From the NCBI GenBank assembly GCA_951406725.2, contig OX597818.1, positions 127,162,001 to 127,226,000 on the forward strand: a stretch of 64,000 nucleotides of DNA, given 5' to 3'. The stretch comes from Octopus vulgaris (lineage: Eukaryota). Made by a program: the position numbers and the translations under genes. Within the stretch, counting starts at the first letter, position 1; the number at the start of each line of letters is the position of its first letter. The notes beneath the pieces were generated by a model, which did not search any database, was not told the origin of the DNA, and worked only from the letters and a program-made list of their open reading frames with translations. Below, piece after piece: positions 37,850 through 51,304 of this stretch.

Positions 37850-38080
37850 TACATACATATATACCCCAGCGTGTTTGTCCTTCCAGCAATCTTGGATATA
37901 TTGTCATACTGATGCAAATCCAATCTCCGTAGACTGAACAGAATGTAACCTTCAAATAGAATGTTAAGTTGAGTTCATGTACAAATGCACAGATATGTGT
38001 GGGCGAGTGTGTGTATGCTTGTTTGTTAGTGTGTATCTAAGTGCGTGTGTGCATGTGTGTATGAGTGAAGAACTACCTAC

Positions 38081-38194
38081 CCTTAAGAACTGAGTATCGT
38101 TTCCTCCGAGTCCCGACAACCACATTTGAGCAGTATTGAGCCACTGTGATTGGTAAAAGCGATTCAACTCCATCTTCTCCATTTCAAGAATCGG
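38081..38194 (-). CDS. alpha/beta hydrolase-fold protein, internal exon
   Basis: tttacag|CCG ... AGG|gtaggt, 114 nt, phase 0/0; PILEMEKMELNRFYQSQWLNTAQMWLSG. Confidence 0.85.
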
Positions 38195-38679
38195 CTGTAA
38201 ATAGACAGAAAATAATAGTCGAAAACTGGCAGACAATGCATGGTGCTTGTTGAAACAACAGTTACAGTTCACATTTTATTATTTACTGTTTAGTCAAGAA
38301 GAGAAGGGCACCACATAATCAATCTTTATTTACTTATTTATTTATTTCCTTGTTTCCAAACCTGGTGGGAAATACTGCATTTTGAGGACCTGTTTGCAAG
38401 AGTCCAACAAAATTCAACAATAACTCACGAGCTCCAAAAGGGTGACGTTCCCATGAAAACACTAATACAAATGGACTCAAAGTTTGTCACAAGGCCAGCA
38501 TGTTTTTTATTGGTGATAATAATGTTAGTGATAGTGTCGGTATTGGTAGTTGTGATAATAACTAATGTGTTAGGTCACTTTTAGTGCTATTGGTAACATG
38601 TAATTCAGTACAACCTGGTTTATGCTCGGGCCGTCGGAGATTAAATGGGCAATCTTACCAAGCACTTCCCTGGAAAGTG

Positions 38680-40975
38680 GGGTGAATTTTATGAATAGAA
38701 ACCAAGGTGGAAGAGGCTTCATTGTTGTATAGAGATGGAAAGAAAAAGCTTACTAAAATATTTACAGAAGAGCATAGAGAAATTACTAAGGGCAGTGAAT
38801 AAAGAACAGGTGATCAAGTGTGGAATAGGAAAAAAGGATGAGAATGGAATTCAAAGAGAGCATGTTAAACAGATTAGAGAGAAACCTTTGCACGGTCAGT
38901 TTTGGAAAGCCACTGAATATGTATGTGGAACAAACCCTGGCCTTGGTTGAAAAAAAAGGGGCAAATAAGTAAAGGACACAGAGAGCCTCATAACGGCAGC
39001 TGAAGGACAAGTGTTAAAAACAAACAGCTTCAGAAAATATGTGTATGCTGTTGCAAACAGAAAAATGCAGAGAATGTGGAATTTGGGATGAAACAATGGG
39101 AGATTGTTGCAAAATGTCCCAAGTCCGCTGAAGGAATATACACAGACATGCAGGAAGTAAATAGACACCTTTCATTTTCAAAATTTCTGATTTAAGCGTC
39201 TTAATGTTTTCAGCAGTGTAGAATTTACAACGTAATTATTCTTTTTCATTCCAGGTGCCATTATATTAAACATTTGCGAAGAGTAACCATCCCACGCACA
39301 AAAAATTCAGCAGAAGTATCAGATTTTCAAAGCGGTTGTATTGTTGGGGAATCTGAGGCTGGTCTTAGCCAGCGAAAAATTGCCGAAAATCTTCAAATTC
39401 CTCCTGCTACTGTTAATAGAATTATAGTGTAATTCAAAAGCGAAGGAAATGAATCAACAGATTCTTGTCCCGGCTGACCTTGGCCCTCGGAAAGGAAGCT
39501 TCACTGTTTGAAGAGAATTGTGGAAAACGAACCTCGTTCGAAGGCTTCTGACATTGCAAAACAGCTACAAGTTAGTCCAAGAACGTGTGTTACTTATCTG
39601 CATAAGCTTGGGTATTATGGACAAACAGCTAGATGAAAACCTCTCCTTCAACCAAGAAAAGAAAGAAATGGGCTAAGGAGATTTCAGAAAAATTCAGTTC
39701 ATGTTGTGATAGAGTGATTTTCTCAGATGAATCTAGATTTGCATTATTTTTAGACAGTGGACGTGTTTGGGTCTGGAGGCCTCCCAATCAAGAATTTTAT
39801 TTGAAATGACTCAAACCAACTGTGAAACATGTCGGTGTCTCTGTAATGGTATGGGGAGCTGTCACCAGCAATGGCCGTTCTGAGCTGATCGAATGTGTTG
39901 AAACCATAAACTCTGAAAAATACATCGAAATACTTAAGCAAAGACTACTTCTGATGTATTCACACGATAACATGACGAAAAATGAGTTTTTATTCATGGA
40001 AGATGAGGCTCCATGCCACACAGCGAAAAGAAATCAACAATGGCTGACTGAAAATGGGATCAAAAAGCTTCCTTGACCGAGCCAATCTTCTGACATGAAT
40101 CCAATTGAATATCTTTGGAGCATACTAGATAGAGCTATACAAAAAACTCGACAGAAACCTAAATTTAAAGATGAATTGTTTCGATTGTTGCATGAAAAGT
40201 GGGCAGAAATTCCACTAGAGACAATCACGAAGCTCATCAGTTCAATGCCAAAAAGAGTTTCTGAATTGAAAACTGCAAAGGGAATGTCAACTAAATACTA
40301 AAGTATGTAGTCCTACCGATCGATTACATTTCAGTTGTTCGCTTTGCGTATTAAACAAAAGATTTTGAAAATTAAAGGTGTCTATTTACTTCCTGCATGT
40401 CTGTGTATAAAAAAAAATAGAAGCATTACCAAGTTGTAAAAATTTTACACTGGCAGCTTTGCCAGAAATGGGGATTTGTGGCTAAAAGTGCTTGGTATGA
40501 TCATCGGGTTGATAGAGTGCTTGAATCAGAAAAATAAATGCAAGATTTTTTATGTGATTTTCCTATTCAAACAGATAAGAAGCAAGAAACTAATAAACAA
40601 TACATAATAATAAACAAGGAAAAGCTTGGTTGCTTACAAATTAATCCATCATGTGCGTTTGATTCCAATATTGTAAAGAAAAAAGATTAAAGATTAAAAG
40701 AACACAATCCTTTAAAATTTGAAATTGCGATCATAATATTGCGGCAAAAGAAATTTAGAACCTCACAAAATATAAAAATATGCTCATTGAAATTGAAAAA
40801 AATGTGGCATCTCAATGCGGTTATAATACCATTGATTGTAGGAGCACTAGGAATGATCAAAAACTCAACCGAAAATTATTTGAGAATGATCCTTGACTTC
40901 CCACCCCAACAAGAAATGAAAAAGTTGTTTTGAATGGTATGCCACACGGATTGAGGAGAGTATTGACACTGTGAG
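38680..40975 (+). mobile_element. decayed R4/Dong-like (RLE) LINE 3' part, split by a Tc1 element
   Basis: KPLHGQF, ETESL-like, CPK...ILHWQLCQKWG, DFPIQTDK and IPLIVGALG motifs. Confidence 0.75.
39141..40405 (+). mobile_element. Tc1 (DD34E) transposon with a pseudogenised transposase
   Basis: TA TSD; 44-bp TIR CACAGACATGCAGGAAGTAAATAGACACCTTT; FSDESRF, VMVWGA, EDEAPCH...SSDMNPIE with 34 residues between D and E; in-frame stops. Confidence 0.92.
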
Positions 40976-41313
40976 GACGATAACCTTTCATGTACATTAT
41001 TTTTTATTACGTAAAACTTTATTTGATTTTGTAATTGAAGAATCTGGTATGTTTATTCTAGTGGCTTATCAATGTAAACAGTGAGTTTCTACGCCTAGAT
41101 GTCGGGTAGACGCTCGGCAAGAAAGGGAAACAAAATTGAAGAAGAAGAAGAATGAATGGATAAATAAATAAATATTAGTACGTTTAAATATTTGTTGTGC
41201 AAGATTTTTTTTTATGTGAAGTCGTGTGTTGAAACAGATATTGTTATATTTCGGAATGGTCATATTGCCAGTTTAGCCAATAAATATAAATATAAATATA
41301 AATAAATATTATT

Positions 41314-41381
<68 letters not shown>

Positions 41382-41451
41382 CAACAACAACATCGGGTAG
41401 ACGCTCGGCAAGAAAGGGAAACAAAATTGAAGAAGAAGAAGAATGAATGGA

Positions 41452-41552
<101 letters not shown>

Positions 41553-41574
41553 CGCAATAATAACCTGCAGTTAC

Positions 41575-41851
41575 CTGAAGGAACATGGTAGTTTTTCGGA
41601 ACCACTTGGACATTCTCTCTCGTTGTTTCTTATTTCTAGACCCTCGAATAGTGTATGATAGAAACAAGCTGATATAGCTGGCTATTAACCTCTGCGATTT
41701 TCTGATTGGTAGCTCAGCAGTGAGATCATAACGTTTCATGTCCTCTTGTAAGATATCATTAGAAAATGATCCGTGGTTGATACCCTTCACAATGACCATT
41801 GGTGCCTTGTATTGCATTGCCCTGTTTTTCTCGACTTCTTGTGAAAGCACT
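41575..41851 (-). CDS. alpha/beta hydrolase-fold protein, exon with putative catalytic His
   Basis: ttggcag|A ... CAG|gtaact, 277 nt, phase 2/0; PMVIVKGINHGSFS. Confidence 0.88.
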
Positions 41852-41923
41852 CTGCCAAAAACATCAAAGAATGACTACTTTTATTAATTAAATAAACAAT
41901 ATTATTTAACTGGAAAACATATA

Positions 41924-42392
41924 CCGTATTTGACGGCATATTAGACGCACTGGCATATTAGACGCACCCTCATTTCAGCAGGTCAAATTCAGGAAAAAAA
42001 GTTTTAAGTGTATTTAAGGATATATTGTTGAAAGCAGATGGCATCGAGTTAGGGTTCCGATCAGCTGATATTAGTAAACGTGTGTCATGGATCGCAGCCT
42101 AACAATTTACGGTAGATTGCTTTGATTTTTACGATAATTCGTATTTTAAAGTAATAATACTGGTAATAATAATAATAATAATAATACTAGCAATAAAATA
42201 ATGATGCATGAGTACGGAAAATATCATTAAGGCGTTAGCATAGGTAGAAATACTTATCGTAAGCTAGGTTAGTGAGCGTCTGGGAGAAGATTAGCCTACG
42301 GGAGGGTCTTGACTTCGCATATTAGACGCAGGGCGATTTCTTTGAGCCAAATTTTTTGGAAAGTAGTGCGTCCTATATGCCGTCAAATACGG
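41924..42392. mobile_element. Tc1/mariner-pogo type MITE
   Basis: TA TSD; TIR CCGTATTTGACGGCATA.TAGACGCACT. Confidence 0.85.
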
Positions 42393-42924
42393 TACTTTTG
42401 TCTATACTTCACTCCACCAAAATCTAATTAGGTAAGTATAATCATAGCCGTCACTAGCGAATGAGTTAGTCTTGGTAGTAAGCACCTTGCTTTAGCTTAC
42501 TATGCTTGATACTTATGAAGTCACAAGCGAACAAAGACATTCCTATGGCTCTTTAACCCAGCATGTTAAAAACACGAAACAAATGCCAGAAGACATTTTG
42601 TCCGACGCTTTAACAACTCCGACAGCCAACGACCTTAAATTGGTTACTTTACTTTAAAGGCCTCCGTAAGACTGGACCTGATCTGCGCGAGATTTGAACT
42701 CAGAACTTACAAAGCCGTAGTTAAATAAATAATACCGCTAACTATTAGTCCAATCCTTTATTAATTACATTCCTATGAATTCATAAAATTAAAGTCTAAT
42801 TGTGTTTCTCAGCACTGATGCGCTCCCACGGGTACTTTTGCTCCTACGATTCGCCCTTACGATTAAACAATTCTGCACCCCTACCACAGAAGATCATGCT
42901 ACTTTTCTTGTTGCTGTTGCTGTT

Positions 42925-43140
42925 GTTGTTGTTAAGCAACAAGGTGGGTTAGGGTGATTAGGTGATGGTCTAGGGCTTAGGGGCGGGAGACCCCAAACCT
43001 TGGAAAAAAAAACTTTGGTCGTCTTGTTGTAGTCGAGGGTCTTCGTTGACGCCCGACACTACTGGGAGGTGGCCCTCGAAATCGCTGGAAATGGAGATCT
43101 CTAGGTCCAAATTCTTGAATGGCTACTGCTGCTGCTGCTG

Positions 43141-43221
<81 letters not shown>

Positions 43222-43747
43222 TTACTTCTGCTGCTGTTGTTGTTAAGCAACAAAACGGATAAGGGTGATTAGGTGATGGTCTAGGGCTTAGGGGCGGGAG
43301 ACCCCAAACCTTGGAAAAAAAAACTTTGGTCGTCTTGTTGTAGTTGAGGGTTCTTCGTTGACGCCCGACACCACTGGGAGGTGGCCCTCGAAGTCGCTGG
43401 AAATGGAGATCTCTAGGTCCAAATTCTTGAATGGCTACTGCTGCTGCTGCTGCTACTGCTGCTGCTGCTGCTACTGCTGCTGCTGCTGCTGCTACTACTA
43501 CTACTACTACTACTACTACTATTACTTCTGCTGCTGTTGTTGTTAAGCAACAAAACGGATAAGGGTGATTAGGTGATGGTCTAGGGCTTAGGGGCAGGAG
43601 ACCCCAAACCTTGGAAAAAAAAAACTTTGGTCGTCTTGTTGTAGTCGAGGGTTCTTCGTTGACGCCCGACACCACTGGGAGGTGGCCCTCGAAGTCGCTG
43701 GAAATGGAGATCTCCAGGTCCAAATTCTTGAATGGCTACTGCTGCTA
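42925..43747. repeat. about 300-bp tandem repeat (2.7 copies) with (CTG)n(CTA)n spacer
   Basis: Units start TTAAGCAAC at 42932, 43243 and 43543. Confidence 0.9.
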
Positions 43748-44051
43748 TTGGTTATGCTTGTATTATTGTTTACTATCTTTCGGTTAATTATCTGACATTA
43801 TTTCTATTATTTTTATGTCCTAATCAAACAAGAAAGAATGACGTTCATAATATTTTGAAGGGGACCCAAGGCTGGTGTGGGATGGACAGATGAAATCGCT
43901 ACTCAGCGTACATACCACTATAGATCTGAACCGAATGCTTACAATAATGTAAACTCAGCTAAAACGTGCAAGAAGTTCAACTAGTGTCTGCTTAGTCTCC
44001 AGCTGAAGAAACAGATCATGAATTGTAAAAGGAAATGTTTTAACACATTAC

Positions 44052-44226
44052 TTAAAAGTCTGAGCTATTTGCGTGACCCTTGTCACACCATCCAGGTCGC
44101 CAGCGACTGTCAACACATTCATTCCAAAGTATTCGAATAGCGTCCCGTTTTGAAGAAGTGAACCCAACAAAATTATTCCGGATAACTGCTGGGGGTTCCT
44201 GTTGGCTAACCTCTGAACACTGATGC
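44052..44226 (-). CDS. alpha/beta hydrolase-fold protein, exon with putative catalytic Asp
   Basis: ttttcag|GC ... AA|gtaatg, 175 nt, phase 1/2; LSGIILLGS...VLTVAGDLDGVTR. Confidence 0.9.
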
Positions 44227-44399
44227 CTGAAAATAAAAACAGTGGAAGCAATTAAGTTGACACATATGTATGTGTGTATACATGTATGTATGTATGTATG
44301 TATGTATGTATGTATGTATGTATGTATGTATGTATGTATGTATGTATGTATTAAAGAGTAGAGAATTTCACTTTATTTCGTTTTCTTCAGAACCACAGC

Positions 44400-47252
44400 C
44401 CAGATAGAGCGGAAGAAACTCGAATTCCTCCGTTCCTATGCTCTCCGTGGATAGAATATAGACACTATTGATGCCATTCTAGGAACTGATTGGAGCAAGG
44501 GTGGCAAAAAAGATGGACAAAGCGAAAGGGAACAGAAAAGCCTCCAGATCCCAGCGATCCCTGAAAAGAACAAAGCCAAATCCACAACTGAGGGGCCTGC
44601 AAACGAAGGAAACACTAAAACTGGCCCTACCCCACCATGATAGACAACCAAAGAGTTTAGAGGCCTAAAAAAGGCAGAAAACAAAAACTTATAAATGACC
44701 AAAAATAAAAAGCTCTCGGGCAAGGGGTAAAAGGAAAAGCAAAGGAAGAAAAAACAAAAAAAAAACTTTGGAGCAAGACAGAAGACACCCTAACAAAAGA
44801 AACAGGAGGTACAAAAGTAAAAGCAAAAGCAGAAACATATGCAGGTAAAATCTGCAAAAGAACTGCTGGCACGGTGATTATGGTGCAAACTACTGTTTTG
44901 CACACCGGAAGCCTTGCCGAAGTTGCATGGGCCTTAAACAAAACTCCTTTACAGGGAGGAGAAAAAGAAAGGCACCAAAGAAGTAAAATTGCGCACTGTC
45001 TACTCCCCAAAGACGATACGCAGACGTAGTACGTGCCCAACAATCAGTTAGCCTCACCCAGACGAGAAAAGAGGAGCAGCTGAACAAAATTATTTTTTGT
45101 AAATGGCACAAAATATTGTGTAGAAGCTGATCTGGCTATATCGAGCACAGACTTGGAACCATCCCCATCACCACTCAAGGCCACCACAGTCAACAGATAC
45201 AGGATGGTCACCACTAACACCAACACAGGCGTCACATAAATATTTCTTTTAAACATCAGAGGACTGTTGGATCTCAACTGCAAAACATTTTTTTTTCCTG
45301 TGAAACCTGCTGCATGCAATCAAGCTCTATGCATAGCACTTGTGGAAACGTATCTTAGACCTGATATAGGGGATGCAGAAGTACACATACCAAAGTATGT
45401 TATAATACGAGCAGACAGAAAAGAAAGGATCCGTGGTGGAGTTGCAGTGTACATACGTGAGGACCTCACGCCCCAGGTTCTGCTGTCTTAATCAAATTCA
45501 GTGTGTGACACTCAAATTGTGTGCATAAGGCAACTTGACATTGTTATATGTACCACACATCGCCAACCAGATCTTCCAAATCACACAGGGAAGTTTGAAG
45601 ACTGCTTTGTAAAGCTAGAAAAGTTTTCAACAAACTGAAACAATATATCTGTGTATTTCTTTTGGATGACTTCAACTTTCCCATATGGGATGGCTCGGGG
45701 CCTAATGCTCTCAGGAATGAGACACTGCCAACAAGCACAGGTGGATTCCCTGCTCCATCTTATTCATAGAGTAAATTGTGCTGCAACCAACCGGTGCAAA
45801 TAATATATTGGATGTCTGCTTCACAAACAATATGAATATCATCCATAATGTGAAAGTGACACCGATTCTAGTCTCGGATCACAACATAATAGAGCTGTCT
45901 ATGTGTGCGCCAAAAGCTTCTACAGACCTACAGCCTATACGAAGCACCCGAAATCTCTCCAGGCTATACTTTCATAAAGCTAACTGGAAGTCGATTGAAA
46001 AAGAGATCCTCAAACAGGATTGGCCTAAATGTCTCTCCACACTGGACATTGACATGAAATGTAAACATTTCATGTCTATAATGCAAACCATATGTGCCGA
46101 ATTTGTCCCAGATCATAATACCAACATACATAAGAGCAAGATCCCTAAAGAGAGGAAAATTCTTATGAGACGATGGACAAAATTTTCAAACCGCCCGACA
46201 AACATCTCAAAAGTACTGAAAAGTCCCGCCTGAAAAGAACACTGTTGGAGATTCAGAAAAGTCTGCATCAATCCCATGAAAAGACGAAAGCAAATAAGGA
46301 GGCTTGGGTTATGGAAAATATTAAGTCAAACCCTAACGCTTTCTTCAACTTTGCCAAAGTAACGCCTTCAGTACGCTACGAGATAGGGCCCTCTTCTAAA
46401 AGGATGGCTCCCTCATAGGAAACCCAAGGAGAATAAGTGAGACTGAACGAACAATTCTAAAGTATGTTCACTACTCCTTTGGGACACAGGCAAGTAAACA
46501 AACCAACAGATTTCTTTGCCACTTCACCTGTAACTAAAGATGCGATAATTGATTACATCGACATTAAAGATGTAATGCTGGTCATAGATGAGGTAAATGC
46601 AAACTTAGCTGCTGGCCTTCGATGGATTCTGAGCAATCCTTGCAAAACCACTGCAGCATCTTTTTCAGAGATTCCTTACAAGCGGTAAGCTCCTAGGCAA
46701 ACTGAAGGAGGGAACAGTATGCCCTATTCACCAAGGACAAAGTAGAGCACATGCTAAAAATTATAGGTCTATTTCTCTTACCCCTACGCACCAGCAAAGC
46801 CGTGGAACAAATAGTCTGCAGGAAACTAATTACATTTCTTGAAGAAAATGACTTGTTGACTGACACCCAGTACGGTTTTCGACCAGGCAGAAGCTGCCCG
46901 ACACAGCCCTTACAGCACTACGGGTGAATGTTAAAGCAGATTCTCAACATGTCAAATGGTGACATGATATATTTTGACTTTGCAAAAGCTTTTTGTAAAG
47001 TCGACCATGGTATGATATGTCACAAACAACGTGGGCTTGGCACAGTCGGAAAACTTGGAGAGTGGCTACGCGACTTTCTAAAAGATAAAAGTCAGGTAGT
47101 GGTGGCCCATGGAGCCACCTCAAAAGAAACACGAATAGAAAGTGGTGTTCCACAAGGCACTGTCTTAGAACCGTTGCTATTCATAGTGGCGCTCTCAGAC
47201 ACGCCCTCAGCTGCTCAGACATCCACCCTTGCTAGCAATGCAGATGACACAA
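44400..47252 (+). mobile_element. decayed LINE (CR1/L2/Jockey group), 3'-truncated
   Basis: ORF1-like Lys-rich region; APE motifs (ALVETYL, RADRKERIRGGVAVY, DDFNFP, NILDVCFTN, SDHNII); RT motifs (YFDFAKAFCKVDH, SGVPQGTVL, ADDT); stops and frameshifts. Confidence 0.88.
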
Positions 47253-47327
47253 ACGCAATTTCGAAAGGAATAAAATAATTTGCGAGGCGAAATAAGTAAC
47301 CGCGCCATAACAACTGTTTACAAGATA

Positions 47328-47361
<34 letters not shown>

Positions 47362-47543
47362 GTATATATATATATACGTTGTGTGTGTGTGTGTGTGTGA
47401 CGGAGTATCTGTGCCTATACACATTTTCAATCAGTCATTGAAGCCCTTTCAAAACAGTTATATTACTTTTTACTTAATATATTGTAATATGTATGTATGC
47501 ATGTATGTATGTATGCATGCATCTATGTATGTATGAATGTATT

Positions 47544-47577
<34 letters not shown>

Positions 47578-48717
47578 TGTATGTATGTATGTATGTATGT
47601 ATGTATGTATAGATGTATGTATGTATGTATGTATAGATGTATGTATGTATTTATATGTGTATGTATGTATGTATGTATGTATGTATGTATGTATGTATAA
47701 TACTGTGTGCATATTTTGATGGCTGCAATGACTTTACAGTACGGCATTCGTTTTTCTGCGAATGCACTGATGAAATCTCAGATATTAAATTACTATATAT
47801 ATGCGTGTGTTTATTTTTGTGTGTTTGTGTGTATATTCATACATGTATTTATATGTGCACGTGAGTGTGCACGTGATATGAGTTGTTTTACTGTTGTTTT
47901 TCTATGACTTAGTCAGAGGCAAAGGATAGCATCGACGGCATTTTTCAGGGTCTCCAAGATTATTGAAGCGATAAAAATATTTCATCCTCATAACGGCCTC
48001 GGTTCTTCAACAGTGTTGTGTCGTTTAAAGACATATATTGAAGAACCATGTGATAGCATTAAACCCGTCGGCGAATTAGATCTACCACCCAAAACAGGAC
48101 TTATTTTCACGAGGAGATTCCACAAGGTTTCCGTCTACCGAATTTCGCTCACAGTGCTTCAATCAACCTAAAGATATCGCAAAAGACATTTGGCCAAGAT
48201 GCAGCGGAGTAGGATTGAACTGGAAGCTATATAGTTACGAAACGAACTCCTTAACTACGCCGTATGTCAGCGCTTCTGCTTTGAAAATGAATAAACTGTT
48301 CGGATAGGAACCGGATTGTCTTGTTACATCTTCTAACATACCTCTGACTATGAAGGGGTCAGTACATGGAACGTATTTATCCTTCATTCAGCCATAAACA
48401 ACTCGTTGGAAACCACGTGATGTTCTTTATTCCATAGCACATCACAAAATATTTGTTTACAAACTGATAATAGGCGCAGGTGTGGCTGTGTGGTAAGAAA
48501 CTTGCTTCACACCCATATGCTTCCTGGTTCAGTCCCACTGCGTGGCACCTTGGGCAAGTGTCTTCTACTATAGCCTCGGGCCGACTAAAGCGTTGTGGGT
48601 TGATTTTGTAGATGAAAACTGAAATAATTCCATCCTATATATGTATATACATATCTATGTGTATGTGTCTTTGTGTCTGTGTTCATCCCTCTACCACTGC
48701 TTGACAACTGGTGCTGC

Positions 48718-48835
48718 TACATTATTTACATTATTTACATTTGATGCCCGTGGGCATATGGCGTAGTGGTTAAGAGCGCAGGCTACTAACCCCAAGATTC
48801 CGAGTTCGATTCCAAGCAGTGACCTGAACAATAAC

Positions 48836-48886
<51 letters not shown>

Positions 48887-49600
48887 GATCTTAACTGATT
48901 GGAAGTGTTATCATGTACATTGTTTTGTCTTGGTATAAAAGATGGGCTACAGCAAATATTCTGCTCAATACCACAGATTTGCTTGTCAGTTGTTTGACCT
49001 TAACCAGTTGAGCATGTCCCTTAGTGGCTGACGATATGTGCATCTCTGATCACGAGCAGAAGTAGTGGGGGAGCATCATAGCCATGTGTTGAGAAGGATT
49101 CTTTAGGTTTGAATAATTCACCTCTAGAAACATGGGTGTTTCGTTCAACGTCCTTAAACAACCTTTATTCAGGGACCTTTTGAGCGGGATGGGTTACTCG
49201 ATCTGAAGAAAATTCTAACTGGGCTCCACCTGCAAGGTCATGTGCTGTTTATCTTGATATGAGATCACCATGTCGCGCACATATGGTTGTGATGCATGTG
49301 CCTGGTGTACCCTTATCAGACGGGTAGTCCTGATGGGTATACTGGGCTTCGTATATTTTACCCCAGTGTCACTTTGATGGCATGCTCTGCTCAATAATAA
49401 TAATAATAATAAAAACATCGAAAAATACCTTAGGAATGAGAACCCAGGTTCGAAATTTCACGAAGACACATGATGAAGGCTGGAGAGTACATCAGCCGAA
49501 ACGGGTTAACAACAAACAAGATGAGGACAAATATCCGTCAAATGTAAATAATGTAAATAATGTACATAATTCCTCGTCTCTTAAATATAGAACTGAACTT
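48718..49600 (+). mobile_element. tRNA-headed SINE-like element with hammerhead remnant and Penelope-type inverted end
   Basis: 27-bp inverted copy (48718-48744) of 49538-49564; box A 48759-48769, box B 48802-48813; (AAT)n; ATGATGA-A-GGCTGG..TCAGCC-GAAA-CG at 49470-49503; about 36-nt tail. Confidence 0.7.
48885..49392 (+). mobile_element. (AAT)n-targeted retroelement 3' portion
   Basis: Homologous to 29939-30495; inserted within (AAT)n. Confidence 0.75.
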
Positions 49601-49934
49601 GTGCTGGTGTGTTTACGTCCCTGTAACTTAACGATTCGGCAAAAGAAACCGATAGGATAAGTACCAGGCTTTAAAAGAGTAGGTACTGGGGTCGATATAT
49701 TCGACTGAAAATTCTTCAAGGTGCTGCCCCAGCATGGCCGCAGTCTAACGACTGAAATGAGTAGAAGATATAAGATAAAAGATTTACTATATCCATCTGT
49801 ATCTGAAAGCCTGTGAAAGTCGGAGGTCCTGAAAACGAGTAACTACAAATGAATTTATGCTATTGTAAATATGGTATTTTCTAATTATATTCTGTGTTGA
49901 GCGTATTTTTAAATGTTTGACTCTATTTTATATT

Positions 49935-50336
49935 AAGGCGGCGAGCTGGCAGAAACGTTAAGACGCCGGGCGAAATGCTTCGCGGTATTTCGTCTGCCGC
50001 TACGTTCTGAGTTCAAATTCCGCCGTGGTTGATTTAGCCTTTCATCCTTTCGGGGTCGATAAATTAAGTACCAGTTACGCACTGGGGTCGATATAATCGA
50101 CTTAATCCGTCTGTCTGTCCTTGTTTGTCCCCTCTGTGTGTAGCCCCTTATGGCCAGTAAAAAAACTAGGTATTTCGTCTGTCTTTACGTTCTGAGTTCA
50201 AATTCCGCCGAGGTCGACTTTGCTTTTCATCCTTTCGGGGTCGATAAATTAAGTACCAGTTGCGTAATAGGGTCAATCTAATCGACTGACACCCTCCTCA
50301 AAATTTTTCGGGTCATGTGCCTTAGAGCAGAAAAGA
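49935..50336 (+). mobile_element. SINE S3 dimer
   Basis: Head plus two core copies. Confidence 0.8.
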
Positions 50337-50714
50337 TTCTATTTTATATTTTTCATGTACGCCTATGTTGTTACCCTGAATTTCTAGCGATACATTGAAT
50401 TCTCTTGTTAGAGATATAATCCTTAACTAGAAAATTGCGTTGATACACTATTAACATATCTTTTAAGTACTATATATTGTACTTGGGTGGTAGACGTAAT
50501 CCGCCTGCCAGTTTAGAACTATCACCAAACCATTGACTCCATTTAATTGAGTCAAGTATGCAGCAAGCGTTCGCACAAAATCCCCAGTCTAGGGATAACT
50601 TTATATGCTACTTCCTTTGCTGCCACAAGTCTTAGAATTCCTGCAAAGTAGGGTCACGGTTGCTGTCCCACTTCTTACTAAGCCATAAAAACTTAAAGCG
50701 AAATAAAAAAAAAA

Positions 50715-50872
50715 AGGAGTGGCTGTGTGGTAAGTAGCTTGCTAACCAACCACATGGTTCTGGGTTCAGTCCCACTGGGTGGCATCTTGGGCAAATGTCT
50801 TCTGCTATAGCCCCGGGCCGACCAATGCCTTGTGAGTGGATTTGGTAGACGGAAACTGAAAGAAGCCTGTCG

Positions 50873-50903
<31 letters not shown>

Positions 50904-51125
50904 GTGTATGTGTTTGTGTATCTGTGTTTGTCCCCCTAGTATTGCTTGACAACCGATGCTGGTGTGTTTACGTCCCCGTCACTTAGCGGTTCGGCAAAAG
51001 AGACCGATAGAATAAGTACTGGGCTTACAAAGAATAAGTCCCGGGGTCGAGTTGCTCGACTAAAAGGCGGTGCTCCAGCATGGCCGCAGTCAACTGACTG
51101 AAACAAGTAAAAGAGTAAAAGAGTA
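50715..51125 (+). mobile_element. SINE S2
   Basis: S2 copy. Confidence 0.85.
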
Positions 51126-51304
51126 ATCCACTCGAAAGTTTCTCCAAAGGCTCAAAATAACAGAATACTCACGTGACTATCCGAGAAACTTTATTAGAGA
51201 GCAGGATCAGCTGTTTCGCAATTATAATTTTTATTTGCTAAGTATTGTTCATCACTTAGATGCAGATGTTCAAAGGATAATTTTAATAAATAATAATATC
51301 TTAC

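Larger units (their letters stand above)
48471..49780 (+). mobile_element. SINE S2 split by nested insertions
   Basis: S2 5' part 48471-48716, resumes at 49601; GTGCTG is duplicated at the break. Confidence 0.75.

Noticed and set aside
47735-47795. Hairpin followed by CTGATGA, possible type III hammerhead
   Set aside because: No GAAA, and the NUH is not flush with stem I
48752-48827. tRNA gene
   Set aside because: Boxes A and B are present but the acceptor and T stems are imperfect; it is the head of a repeat (the same applies to the S1 and S2 heads)
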